Assembly (NCBI GenBank): GCA_030390025.1
Contig: CM059432.1
Span: 16,432,001-16,496,000 of the forward strand
Source: Squalus acanthias
Taxonomy: Eukaryota
Direction: 5' to 3'
DNA: 64,000 nt
In this document: in pieces, positions 9,824 through 22,446 of the stretch
Layout of the letters: each line of letters starts with the position of its first letter
Position numbering within the stretch: the stretch's first letter is position 1
Made by a program: the position numbers and the translations under genes
Notes under the pieces: generated by a model
Seen by the model: the letters and a program-made list of their open reading frames with translations, nothing else
Databases searched by the model: none
Told to the model about the DNA's origin: nothing

Positions 9824-11777
9824 AATATAAAAATTGAATGCTTTTGTTTACTGAGTTGTCATGAATACACTAATTTAAAAGGTCAAAGAGGCTGTGTTCT
9901 TGCTCACAATATTGGGGTAGAAATGAGCATCAGTTGGAAGGTGGTTGCAGTACAAAAATTGTGGGGTGGGTGTCACAGAAGTCAGTACTGTGTACACAGA
10001 CTGGTGAACCCAGCACTAAAATAATACAAAAAATAAAATAACTGAGCAGGAGTGCAGGGATATTTTCCTAAATTGTAACAATACCGCCCCTTAGGAAAAT
10101 TGATTTTTTTTGAGGCTTAGACGTATCATGGTTGTCACCTGTTTCTTCAAATAGCTGCTGTCTATGAACTAATTGTCATCACTCCACCATTGGCAGCTGT
10201 GCCCTAATCTCTGGAATTCTCTCCCTAAATCCCGGTAACCTGTCCATATCTCTGGCTCGCTAATTAATGGCTGTGAAGTACATTAAAGGTGCTATATAAA
10301 TGCCAAGTTGTATACACCTGACATTTTAATACCATCAGACATTTAAAAGGAGATAACTTGTATTTATATAGTGCCTTTAACACCCATGAACACCTACCCC
10401 ACCCCCACACATTTGCCATGAGTGAGACCAATTCATTATTACTGCCTTCGCCTCGCTCTCCATGGGACTGTACATTTACACCAGTATGAAAGAAGGAATG
10501 CACATTTATATAGTGGCTTTCATATCCTCTGGATGTGGGTTGAAGGATTAATGTCCAGTCTGTTGAGAATTCCCCTGTTCTTTACATAGCTGTGTATATC
10601 TGCACAAGCAGAAGGAGGGCATTTAATATCTTATCTGAAAGATAGCACTGTTTGTGCTGGGCAATATACCATCCCTACAGCAGAATACATATGCATAGAG
10701 ATCAAATGTTAAGATTTAAAAAAGTTATTTTCAGGGCAGGTAAGGAAAATTGGGACATATACGAAAGCAGGTAGATGGAAGGCAGTGAGTGAGGCAAGTT
10801 TACCTTGGTTTTCATAGGAGCTACAGAATCACAAGTTAGTGGAGGTTATTGTTCAGAGATGGTACCAAAGAAGGTAATGTGGACAAATGCTTTATATCTG
10901 AGGAGCTGGAGAACTGAGGGCTGAAATAGCAGATGCTGATCTTCAAATGAGAAGTGGCAGATGGTAAATGGAACAGCCCTCTTCAAAAAAAAAAGGGATA
11001 AGCCAGGAATTCTAGGCCTGTTAGTCATAAATAGCAGGAAAATATTCATTTGGCCCTTCGAGCCTGCTCCACCATTCAATAAGATCATGGCTGATCTTCT
11101 ACCTCATCTCCATGGTCCTGAACTATCCCCATATCCCTTGATACCCTCAATATTCAAAAATCTATCTAGCTTCAGTTTACTACAATACAAGATGAAATGA
11201 TAAAACTTAACTTACCTGTTCTGGTATATAAGCAGATGTAGGTAATGACAATATCGTAATGTGCTGATGGTACCAAGTTGGGAGGGGGTGGTGACAATTA
11301 CAATTTTTGTGGAAGATACAGATTCATAGAGCATAGAAGGAGGCCATTTGGCCCATTGAGTGCGCCTGCACTTTCAAAGAGCATCCAGTTAGTCTCACTC
11401 CCTGGTTCCCCAGTTCCCTTTTGAAAGCTACGACGAATCTGTTTCCACCATCCTATCATTGGTTGAACTCTATACACTTGGGGGTTCCTAAGGCCTGGCT
11501 CTGCCAACCTGCACCAAAGCTTTCTGGACCTGGGTAAGTGGGGTTTGCAATCTTTGCCGTATTGATTCCTCAGTAACTGAACTTGGAGACTCTTGAACAT
11601 AATGATGGGCTGCACAGCACCTTTAACAATGTCCCAAGGTGCTTCAAAAAATTGATAGAGCCAAAGGAGGAGTCTGAGGCATTTAACTGGAGGAAATTGC
11701 AGCTCATTCTGGACTGCATACTGGACAAGCAATCTCAATACAGGCAGTGGAGAGGTAGAGCTGGTGTCATCAGTGTA

Positions 11778-12390
11778 CTTCTTAGGCAGTCCCTCGGAAC
11801 CGAGGATGATTTGCTTCCACATTAAAAATGAGTTCTCAGGTGGCTGATGAGTCCAATGTGGGACAGATGGTGGTCGAAGGGGTGGGTGCTTGAGTTGACA
11901 TGCGCTGCTTGCGCTTGGCGAAGAGACTCGAGGTGTTCAGCACCTTCCCGGATGCTTCTCCTCCACTTTGTGCAGTCTTGGGCCAGGGATTCCCAGGTGT
12001 CGGTGGGGATGTTGCACTTTTTCAAGGAGGCTTTGAGGGTGTCCTTGAAGCTGCCCACCTGGGGCTCTCTTACCGTGTCGGAGCTCTGAGAAGAGCGCTT
12101 GTTTTGGGAGTTTCGTATTGGGCATACGGACGATGTGGCCCATTCATTGGAGCTGATCGAGCGTGGTCAAAGCTTCGATGCTGGGGGTGTTGGCCTGAGC
12201 GAGAACACGGACGTTGGTGCGCCTACCCTGCCAATGGATTTGCAGGATCTTGCGGAGGCAGCGTTGGTGGTACCTCTCCAGTGTTTTGAGGTGCCTGCTG
12301 TACATGGTCCATGTCTCTGAGGCATACAGGAGGGTGGGTATCACAACTGCTCTGTAGACCATGAACTTAGTGCCGGGTTTGAGGTCCTGG
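11778..12390 (-). mobile_element. RTE-clade (BovB-like) LINE 3' fragment
   Basis: Minus-strand peptides TKFMVYRAVVIPTLLYASETW, YHQRCLRKIL, GHIVRMP...LPKQALFSEL and KDTLKASLKKC; frameshifted. Confidence 0.85.
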
Positions 12391-12535
12391 TGTACATGTG
12401 GAAACTGACCCCATGCTTGTGATGGCACCAAGGGCAGGATGTAGATGGATTGGGGGAGGGGGGGGTGCCAAAGATAGATGTGAAAAAGAGTGAAGAACTA
12501 GATTGTTGAATAGGGAATGGTAGGATACCTTAGAG

Positions 12536-12889
12536 CGGGGGTTGTCAACCGGAGGTCCGTGAGGGAGTTTCAGGGAGTCCACCATAAATAATCTCCAGGA
12601 TTTAAATAAAAAGAAAAATACACCGTTGAGTAGAGGTGGCATTGGCCCCGATTCGCACCTGTGTTTCCCCCCCTCCCGAATGTGTGTGTGTGTGAGGACA
12701 GCAGCATGTGGAGGGAAAGAGGGGCGTGGGGACCAGTATCTTCTGCAGTGACCTGGTGAGTGGGAGCAGCCCCGAGAATATTTTTATACAGAAAAAATAC
12801 TTGTGTTTTATGGGGGGGGGGGGGGTCTGTGGAATTTTTATAACATGGGGGGAGGGGGGCTTCAGAGGCACAAAGGTTGAGAACCCCTG
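12536..12889. mobile_element. Non-autonomous hAT (Charlie-like) DNA transposon
   Basis: TIRs CGGGGGTTGTCAACC / GGTTGAGAACCCCTG and a perfect 8-bp TSD CCTTAGAG (12528-12535, 12890-12897). Confidence 0.88.
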
Positions 12890-13301
12890 CCTTAGAGGGA
12901 CCCAGATGTGCAGCAGAAGTACAAAGCCATAAAAGGCAAACAATCTTTAGTTTTGTGTTTTAGAGGCATAGAATACAGAAGGTGATGTTGAACTTGTACA
13001 AGAACTTTGTTAGACTGTAAGTTGGAGTATTGTGTGCAATTTTAGGCCACCCTAATGGAAAAAGCAAAGTGTAGATTATAAAAGTCACGCAGGGTATTTT
13101 TCCCCCTAGTATATGCCAGGCAGGTATTTATTTACACAAATGTCTGACTGCACTGAAAACCTAAGAAGCACCACTAGATGGTGCTAATACCCTGTTGAAA
13201 GTTAAGATCACTTACTGATCTAAAAGCATTAACTTTTCAAACTGGATAGAAGACTTTCTGTAATTGTGTTGGCTATCCCTTGACTTACAAAATTCAATTA
13301 A

Positions 13302-13612
13302 TTCAGATGAGACGTTAAAGCGAGGCACCGTCTGCCCTCTCAGGTGGACGTAAAAGATCCCACGGCACTATTCTGAAGAAGAGCAGGCAAGTTCGGTGTC
13401 CTGGCCAATATTTATCCCTCAACCAACACCTTAAAAACAGACTATCTGGTAATTATCACATTGCTGTTTGTGGGACCTTGCTATGTGCAAATTGTCCGCC
13501 GCGTTTCCTACATTACGACAGTGACTATGCTTCAAAAGTACTTCATTGGCTGTAAAGCGCTTTGGGACATCCTGAGGTCGTGAAAGGCGCTATATAAATG
13601 CAAGTTCTTTAT
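13302..13612 (+). mobile_element. DeuSINE-family SINE (Deu domain plus L2-like tail), head missing
   Basis: ttcagatgagacgttaaa...gtaaaagatcccacggcactatt...gaagagcagg...gtcctggccaatattt...aaaggcgctatataaatgcaag resembles the AmnSINE1/SacSINE1 central and 3' regions. Confidence 0.75.
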
Positions 13613-13859
13613 TTAACCATATGTAAGCTTGCTGAAGGGCGGGTAGTAGTTGAATTGCTGCCCCAGCTATGACTACATAGCACTAACTTCTTGAATCTCC
13701 ACCACAGCCTTCACCCGACTCATACTGACAACTGCCCATCTTTGGCCCACTGCTTGCTGACAGAGTTGCTCTCTCTTTAAACCTGCCAAGATCTTTACAC
13801 TCCCGAAAAAGCCTACACAGCTGTCCTCTTCAATCATCAACTCCCCCCCCGCCCCCACC

Positions 13860-14240
13860 TTGTTCTGAGGTTCTGAATTGTGTTGTGATTCAACTCAGTG
13901 CTTACCTTTGCCTATTAAAATCCCTTCAGTATAGCTTCTGTCCTGCCCACAGCACTTAAGAATGCTCTGGGTCAAAGTCACCAATGGCCATTATGGTTCT
14001 GTGATCCTTGTGTTATCACTCCCTGACTTCTCTATGGCATTTGACATGGTTATTCCATGGTATTGCCCTTACATACTTCCCATGCCTGTCTGTCTCACCA
14101 GAGCCAGCATATCTTCTGTAATGGCTTCTTGTTTGTCTGTGCAGGCAATGATGTGGTGTGGCCCAAGATTCCATTATTGGCGCCTTCCTATTCCTCATTT
14201 GTATGCTGCCCCTTGGGGACATTGTCCATAAACATGGGGT
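13860..14240 (+). mobile_element. Decayed L2 LINE RT fragment
   Basis: ILVLSLPDFSMAFDMV resembles L2 LLDLSAAFDTV; GVAQDS-like motif downstream. Confidence 0.55.
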
Positions 14241-14249
14241 CAGCTAGTT

Positions 14250-15600
14250 TTACCTCCCCACCAGTTCCCTGTCGCTGTGCTGTCTGCAGCTACACATTGG
14301 CAAGACGAGGCTGTCCAAGACTCTGAACTAAGCTTCAAACCCAACATCCACTGACGACCTGGACAGTCTGCTTTCACCTCTGAAATGCCACCTAAACCGT
14401 CCTTACCTCATCCCCACTTCATGCCTTTGTCACCGGATCCCCCATTCTTCAATGAATCAATTTCAAAAATCCTTGTAACTCACCTGCAAATCCCTCCACG
14501 GATTCGCTTCCTTCTACCAGCAAGACTTGCTCACACCATCTGCTCGTATAACTCTGCTCCCAAAACTTCCCAATGCGTTTCACAGAGGTGTAATCAGAAA
14601 TAGGAGGAGATATTAGGAGGGGCGATCAAACATTTACTCAAAAAGGTGAATTTTAAGGAGGGTCTTAAAAGGAGGTCGAGAGGCTTCTGCAGGAAATCCA
14701 GAGAATGGGCCGAGATGGTGAAGCTATGACCAGCCCCCAGAAAGGATTTAACAAGTACCCAGGAATGTCCTATAGTATTCCTGACCCTGAAAACCTTGAG
14801 GGAAACCTGTGCCACACTGGAGGTGCCAGTACACCTATTGACCCTCTCCCCACTATGGTTATCCAGGTTGGATAATTCCTTCAAGTCCCTCGGTGCACTG
14901 TAAAGTCTACTGCAAACTCGCCCCATTAGAACGGAGCCTCTGCAACACGGAGCTGCCCCACATGTACATCTCAGTCCTCTCTTCAACTGTCTGCCTCCGT
15001 GTCAGATTGGCTCCTGGACACATGACCCAGGCCCGCCACTCAGAGAAAGACTGGAGGAGGCGGCCCCGAGATGAACCCACACAAACTCCACTTGGAGCAA
15101 AACATGAAGCAGTCAATGTAGAATCCTCCACCGTACATTCTTTACCCTGCTCCAGGTTCTACCTAGCCTTGACAAATAGCTGCTGGTGGAAACACACATA
15201 TTTTGGTTCTGTTCCAGTCTCCATGGGAAACCACAGGACCTGTAACTGATCTAGCCATTCCCCGCACATATTCAATCTGCTGTTGGAAAGGGAAGGAACG
15301 CCCGCTACTTGTAGGCTTGGACAGGCTTCGCACCTAACAGCAAGAGAAAGCATTGCCCTGCTCTGGCGCCACTCAACACCTCCCACAATAAAGAAGTGGA
15401 CCGTGCCAGTAACAGCAAATAATGCAGAGACTGCACACGGAGCTAGGAAACACCAGGAGATTTGGGGGAGGGGCCACCCTGCACCCACCCAAGCCCCCAT
15501 ACGGAGACTCGAGTATAACTGTTGCTGAAACAGGCCCCAAGCAATCTGCTCAATCCCTGCAGGGACCTGCTGCCGACACCTCAATGTAATGCAACATCTC
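14250..15600 (+). mobile_element. Highly decayed L1-clade LINE ORF2 C-terminal region
   Basis: Across frames: QCRILHRTFFT (from 15114), THIFWFCSSL (from 15192) and ARESIALLWRHSTPPTIKKW (~15340-15400), matching the fish L1 ORF2 zinc-knuckle region. Interrupted by an L2-like piece at ~14570-14740. Confidence 0.65.
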
Positions 15601-15704
15601 ACATCTCTTACCCCTTCCCCTGTGATTCCCCCAGTTACAGCGACGAGGACTGACTGGTTCTGCCATTAAGTACTCCCGCTTTAATGAATGGAACAATATA
15701 ACTA

Positions 15705-15861
15705 CATGTTCCCTGTAAACTGGGCTTTGTTCTGCGCGACCTGTTGCTTTTAATGCGAGGTCCCTTTAAATTTCTGCGCGTGCGCGGTACTTACGATGTA
15801 AAAGCCGGTGAGCGTCCTGGGCGGGACCTTTCCCATTACTGTGCGCTCAGAGGGAACATTG
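15705..15861. mobile_element. hAT-type MITE
   Basis: Termini CATGTTCCCT / AGGGAACATTG; related ends at 16031-16166 and at ~2436. Confidence 0.65.
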
Positions 15862-16030
15862 CATAGGACCCTAATTGGATGCATCATAGAATCATACAGC
15901 ACAGAAGGAGGCCATTCGGCCAATCATGTCTGTGTCGGCTCTTTGAAAGAGCTGTCCAATTAGTCCCACGCCCCTGCTCTTGCCCCAGAGCCCTGTAAGT
16001 TTCTCCTGTAAAGCGCTTTGTACCTGCAAA

Positions 16031-16166
16031 CAATGTTCCTGTTAAGCTGCGTGGCCGCTCACCAGCTTTTCTCATTGAAGAAACAGCGCATGCGTGAAAA
16101 TTTGAACGGACCGCGCAGCCAGTTAAAGGAACCGTGCGCTGAAAATAAAAATGAGAGGGAGCATTG
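16031..16166. mobile_element. hAT-type MITE
   Basis: Termini CAATGTTCC / GGGAGCATTG; imperfect 8-bp flanks cctgcaaa / cctgtaag. Confidence 0.6.
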
Positions 16167-18944
16167 CCTGTAAGTATCACGTGCTATGTTCTCTGTATCA
16201 AACTCTGACCTGAGAAAGTACGTGAAGTTCTTGTATTAAACAAAGTTTTTAAAGAAAACACCCAATTCTACCAGTTATTTTTTGTCCCAGTTTACAGGCT
16301 CCTCTGCAGCATACACCATGAGGGGAGGTTCCACCAACCATTCAGCATTTTACCAAAATACCACTGCGGAGGGAAATAAAAATAAATTCTGTGCACAAAA
16401 AAAAGGAGAACATTGCAATTATGACGCTGTTTCCCTGAACAAATGCAGCTTTCGTGCTTCATTATTATTTTAGCTATTTTGCACCGAAAAATGTCACTCT
16501 TCTGGACTGCAAGCAGCCCATCGCTCTGAGTCGAAGCGTGCACATCATCCACTGAAAAGACTGGGCCAAACCACCATTAGCAGTGGTGGTGGTTTGAAAC
16601 CCGCAAGTGTCCAGCAGGACTTCCCTCTGCGCACAACTTCCTGCATTAGAAATAAAATAGAATACAGGAGATTTCAATAAAAACCGAGAATGCTGGAAAT
16701 ACACAGTAGGGCAAGTCAGCATCTGAATGTTTTGGGTGAGAGAGACAACGTTCTTTTCATTTTAAAACCCTTAAAAATGTTTCCCTATTTTAGGGCACAT
16801 GACTAATTCAAATCATGCTTAGCAATTCAGTAAGATTCTAAAACGAGAATGAAATAGATCTTGGGCACATTAAGAAAACTCATTTTGCATGCTCCACTTT
16901 ATTCCGTCAATTTATAAGAACACAGTAATTTTGTTCTCCCAGAGTTCTAAAGTCCACAGGGGATCAAATAAATCTCATAAGGCCGCTTCCAATGACAACC
17001 TATTAACTTCTTTTCAACACATATATTGCACAATGTTCTGAATGTTTTGCTACATCAGCAACTTTTTTTTTGCATGTAATTGTATACAGAGTCTAACCTT
17101 GGTGACAGCAATCCAATTTTAGTGAATGAAGTATGAGTTGATTCCAAGGTGAAGGTGCATCTTTCCACTCTCGAGGGCTCAACAGTGCGACTGCCCGAGC
17201 CTGGCCAGGTTCTACTCGAACATTCACGATCAGATAATTTTTTTTTTGTATGTTATGCAATAGGAAAGATCTGATTTTTGAACGCTAGAATGGAAATGAA
17301 GTGCTCAAAAGGAGTTCAACATTATAAAGTCACCAATCTTGAACAACCTCGTAGGCATCGATTATTTTCACCATCTGGAATGCACTGCCGGAAAGGGTGG
17401 TGGAAGCAGATTCAATAGTAACTTTCGAAAGGGGGAATTGGATAAATACCTGAAGGGCAAAAAAAAATTTGCAGGGCTATGGAGAAAGGGCAGGGGACTG
17501 GGATTAATTGGACAGTTCTTTCAAAGAACCGGCACAGGCACGATGGGCCGAATGGCTTCCTTTTGTGCTGTATGAATCGCTGAACACCATGTAATTGGAA
17601 CAACAGAGAAACTTGAAAAGTAATTAGCGTTTCAACTGTTTCCAATTCCAGATTGGACATTTAGGATCAAATCTTTGACTTTTCACAAATAATGTACAAT
17701 AATGTTTAAGAAGTTTTAGGAACAGGAAAGGTCAACACCCCAAACAAGCCCATCCCTTTTTTTTTAGAAACCACCCCATCTGTAACGATTCTATGATCTA
17801 TTTATCTTCTCAACTCAAACTTTCCCTCAATCACCCAATCCTACCTCTCTAAAAATGCATCTAATTTTCTTGTAAATCCACAGTTTCTGTTTCAACAACC
17901 TTCGGCTGAGTGAAAAGTTCCACTTCCCTTCTTGCTCATAAATCACCCTTGAACAAAGTGAACAATTGTGTCAATTTCCTTCATAATCTTGAAAATGTTA
18001 ATTGGATTACTTCAAAATTTCTTCTTTTCCAAAGCAAACAAGTCCAACGTAAAAGGCAAAAAATTTGCAGGGCTACGGGGAATAGGCGGGGGGAGTGGAA
18101 CGAGCTGAAGTGCTCTTGTCGAGAGCTGGCACGGGCTCGACAGGCCAAATGGCCTCCTTCTGTGCTGTAACCATTCTATGATTCTACGAACATCCTAAGC
18201 TTCCCTTGCAGCTTAATTCCCGATACCCATAATCATCTTGGTTTCTCACTTCTACATCCTTTAAAGGGCAATATTATCAGTCGTACAATTAGTTGACCCG
18301 AACTGCACTTGGTATTTCAGATGGGGTGTGACCAATACCTTATGCAGCAATAGTAACTTTGAAATTATACTCTTTTCTTCTGCTAATACAACACTACATA
18401 ACATATTGTGTATATGGACTTTCAAAAGGCGTTTGATAAAAAGTTCCACATAATAGGCTAGTTAGCAAAATTGAAGCCCACGGGATAAAAGGGGCAGGAG
18501 CAGCATGGATACAAAATTAGCTAAGGGGTAGAAAACAGAGAGTTGTGGTGACTGGCTGCTTTTTGGACTGGAGGGAGGTATACAGTGGTGTTCCCCAGAG
18601 TTCAGTACTAGGACCACTGCTGTTTTTGATATACATTAATGACATGGACCTGGGTACGGGGCACAGTTTTTGAAATTTGCAGATGACACGAAACTTGGAA
18701 GTGTAGTAAGCAGTGAGGAAGATAGTAATAGACTTCAAGAGGACACAGACAGGCTGGTGGAATGGGTAGACAAATGGCAGATGAAATTCAACGCAGAAAA
18801 GTGTGAGGTGATGCATTTTGGTAGGAAGAATGAGGAGAGGAAATACATGCTAAATGTTACAATTTTAAAGGGGGTGCAAGAACAGAGACACCTGGGGTGC
18901 TTGGCCACAAATCTTTGAAACTGGCAGGATATGTTAACAAATTA

Positions 18945-19194
18945 CAGTAAACTCTTGTTTAAACGGCACTTAATCATCCGGAATACTTTAATAACCGGCA
19001 AAATAGATAACCGGTAATCTTGCCGAATCCATCCAGCACTCGTTTTGCCGAGTCCGAGTCTCCCGCGGTGGCCGAGTTAGTCAGCGGTTTTTATTTTTGT
19101 TTGTTAAAAATTGCCTACCTCTCTGTTATCCAGAATTTTTCATCAACCGGCACCATCCTGGTCCCGGAGGTGCCGGATAAGAAAGAGTTTACTG
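18945..19194. mobile_element. Tc1/mariner-superfamily (Tigger/pogo-like) MITE
   Basis: TIRs CAGTAAACTCT / AGAGTTTACTG with TA on both sides (18943-18944, 19195-19196). Confidence 0.85.
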
Positions 19195-19279
19195 TAGTTA
19201 AGAAAGCATATGGGATCCTGGGCTTCATCAAATAAAGGCATAGAACACAAAAGCCAGGAAGTTATGCTAAACCTATATA

Positions 19280-19725
19280 AACATAGAAAAATAGGAGCCG
19301 GGTTAGGCCATTCGGCCCTTCGAGCCTGCTCCGCCATTCAATATGATCATGGCTGATCCTCTGTCTCAATACCATATTCCCGCTCTCTCCCCATACCCCT
19401 TGATGCCTTTTGTGTCTAGAAATCTATCTCCTTCTTAAATATATTCAGTGACTTGGCCTCCACAGCCTTCTGTGGTAGAGAATTCCACAGGTTCACCACC
19501 CTCTGAGTGAAGAAATTTCTCCTCATCTCAGTCCTAAATGTCCTACCCCGTATCCTGAGACTGTGACCCCTCATTCTAGACCCCCCCAGCCAGGGGAAAA
19601 CATCCTCCCTGCATCCAGTCTGTCTAGCCCTGTCAGAAATTTATACGTTTCAATGAGATCCCCTCTCATTCTTCTAAACTCTAGTGAATACAGGCCTAGT
19701 CGACCCAATCTCTCCTCATACGACA
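19280..19725 (-). mobile_element. CR1 3' fragment inserted antisense into an older CR1
   Basis: Minus-strand SYEERLGRLGLYSLEFRRMRGDLIETYK plus a CR1 3'UTR. Confidence 0.88.
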
Positions 19726-21232
19726 CTAGTTTGGCCCCAGCTGGAGTATTGTGTCCAATTCTGGGCAGCAAACTTTAGGAAGGACGTGAAGGCTTTGGAG
19801 AGGTTTACTAGAATGGTGCCAGGGATGAGGGATTACAGTTACATGGATAGACTGGAGAAGCTGGGGTCGTTCTCCTAAGAGCAGAGAAGGCGAAGAGGAG
19901 ATTTGAGAGAGGTGTTTAGAATAATGAAGGGTTTAGATAAGAGTAAATAAAGAGAAACTGTTTCCAATGGTTAAAGGGTCGATAACCAGAGGGCACAGAT
20001 TTAAGGTGATTGACAAAAGTACCAGAGGCGACATGAGGAAAAACTTTTTTTACGCAACGAGTGGTTAGGATTTGGAATGCACTGCTTGATAGGGTGGTGG
20101 ATACAGATTCAATAAGTAGCCTTCAAAAAGGAATTGGATAAATACTTGAAGGAATAAAAATTGCAGGGATGTGGGCGTCGCTGGCAATGCCAGCATTTAT
20201 TGCTCATCCCTAATTGCCCTTGAGAAGTTGATGGTGAGCCACCTTCTTGAACTGCTGTAGTCCGTGTGGTGAAGGTTCTTCCATAGTGCTGACTTTGTCA
20301 TAGCAGTTTGGTACAACTGAGTGGCTTGCTAGGCCATTTCAGAGGGCAGTTAAGAGTTAACCACATTGCTGTGGGTCTGGAGTCACATATAGGCCAGACC
20401 GAGTAAGGACGGCAGATTTCCTTCCCTAAAGGACATTAGTGAACCAGTTGGATTTTTACGACAATCCGGTTGTTTCATGGTCACCATTACTGATACTAGC
20501 TTTTTAATTCCAAATTTGTTTAATTAACTGAATTTAAATTCCCCCAGCTACCGTGGTGGGATTTGAACTCACGTCTCCAGATTATTAGTCCAGGCCTCTG
20601 GATTATTAGACCAATAACAAAACCACTATGCTACTGTACCCATAACGGTACATCGGATATGAGGAAAGAGCAGGGGAGTGGGACTAACTGGATTGCTCTT
20701 CGAAAGACTCAATGGGCCGAATGGCCTCCTTCTGTGCTGTACCATTCTATGCCCTTTTCACTACAGCTAATCAACGATTTCATAGTCTTGTCCATAATAA
20801 CCTTAAGACCTCTTTGCTGATCAGCATGCTGTAGCACTATTCCATTGAACCCAAACTCCCTCTTTAGTTTCTTGGCTTTCCATCGTAACCATTTTGCATT
20901 TATCCACATTTGAATTGTTTTGGCCACCTGCTGGCCAAACTACCTAAAAGTCTAACTTCTTCTGAAACACAGCTGCATTGTTTAGCATTATATGCCTTGC
21001 CTCCTACTTGGTATCATCTGAAAACTTGAGATATTTATAATACCCTAATGAGTGATTAGTTAAGTGCGTGTGCAGAAGGGAAATGACTCTGTAGATAACG
21101 GGAGTACTGTTTCAGGTAGAAGGATGGCCAGCGCAGAACTAGGAGGGGAGGCAAACTTTTGTTACAAAACATACGTTTGGTAATTGGGATTTATTTAAAT
21201 TAGATTTGGGGGTTACAGATGAGCTAAAGACA

Positions 21233-21530
21233 ACAACTTGTATTTATATAGCACCTTTAACGTAGCAAAACGTCCCAAGGCGCTTCACAGGAATGTTATA
21301 AAAGAAAATTTGACACCGAGCCACAAAAGGAGACATTAGGGCAGATGACCAAAAGCTTGGTCAAAGAGGTAGGTTTTAAGGAGAGTCTTAAAGGAGGAGA
21401 GAGAGGTGGAGAGGTTTAGGGAGGGAATTCCAGAGCTCAGGGCCTTGGCAGCTGAAGGCACGGCCACCACTGGTTGAGCGATTAAAATCAGGGATGCTCA
21501 AGAGGCCAGAATTAGAGAGCGTAGATATCA
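21233..21530 (-). mobile_element. L2-type LINE 3' end
   Basis: aacaacttgtatttatatagcacc...aaagcttggtcaaagaggtaggttttaag...gggagggaattccagag; reverse-complement match to 51200-51560. Confidence 0.7.
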
Positions 21531-22029
21531 TGACCATGGCTGATCAAGAAATGCTGAAGGTTAGTAATAATTGAGAGGGTTACAAACCAAGGTTTTAAAT
21601 TTAAGTAAAGCAAACTTAGAAAAGTTGAGAAATTAACTGACCAAAGTAAACTGGGCTGAAATGTTAATGGATAAACAGCAAAACAGTGGGAAGTATTCAA
21701 AGGAATATTTGGTATGATGCAAAACCAGTACATACCCCGAAAAGGCAAAGGCCCCACTTGTGTAGTTAAGCAACAGTGGTCAACAAATGAGTTAAGAGAC
21801 AGAATCAAGTTTAAAAAATAGGCTTACACAAATGCAAGGAAAAGTGGAAATCCAGCAGACTGGGAGGACTTTAAAAAAACAAAGAGATATAAAGAAAGTA
21901 ATGAGGTGCAAATAGGGAGTATGAAAAAATACTTGCAAGGAATATCAAAGCTAACAGCAAATGTGTTTATAAATACATTAGGGCTGTCAATGAATTGCAG
22001 TTAACACGTAATTTTTTTAAAGGTGCATT

Positions 22030-22330
22030 AATCAATTCCTTTCTCACTCCTTCCAAAACTTTATTCTCTCACTTCCACTTATAACATTCTTTGCCTCAAT
22101 TGCTTTCTCTCCCCTCCTTCGTACCTTCCTCCTTCTGCTGCACCTTTTTCTCTGCCTACTGTTTTTTTCCTGTCTTCTTTCACTCCACTGCCTTTTGACT
22201 CCTGTCAGATTTTCTCTGATGCTTCTCTTTTCTCTCGATGCCACACCCCTTTAACTTTTTTTTTGGCTTTTCCAGTTCGTCTCCCCTAGATGTTTTATTT
22301 TTCTTCTGGTTTTTCTTCTTTCTTTCAGTG
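22030..22330. repeat. Pyrimidine-rich low-complexity tract
   Basis: Strong C/T bias; gives spurious K/R/E-rich and F-rich ORFs. Confidence 0.7.
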
Positions 22331-22446
22331 AGCACTCCACCTTGTGTGGGGAAGATCAGAACGGTGCTTAGCAGGAGTGAACATGGCCGCTGGAATGTTT
22401 GGCCTCTCAAGTCGTCAGCAGCAGCCGATTTTTTAGTATCAATTCT

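Larger units (their letters stand above)
18408..20170 (+). mobile_element. Degenerate CR1 LINE carrying two nested insertions
   Basis: YMDFQKAFD, KFADDTKLG, WQMKFNAEKC and LEYCVQFW pieces are collinear on either side of the inserts at 18945-19194 and 19280-19725. Confidence 0.85.
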
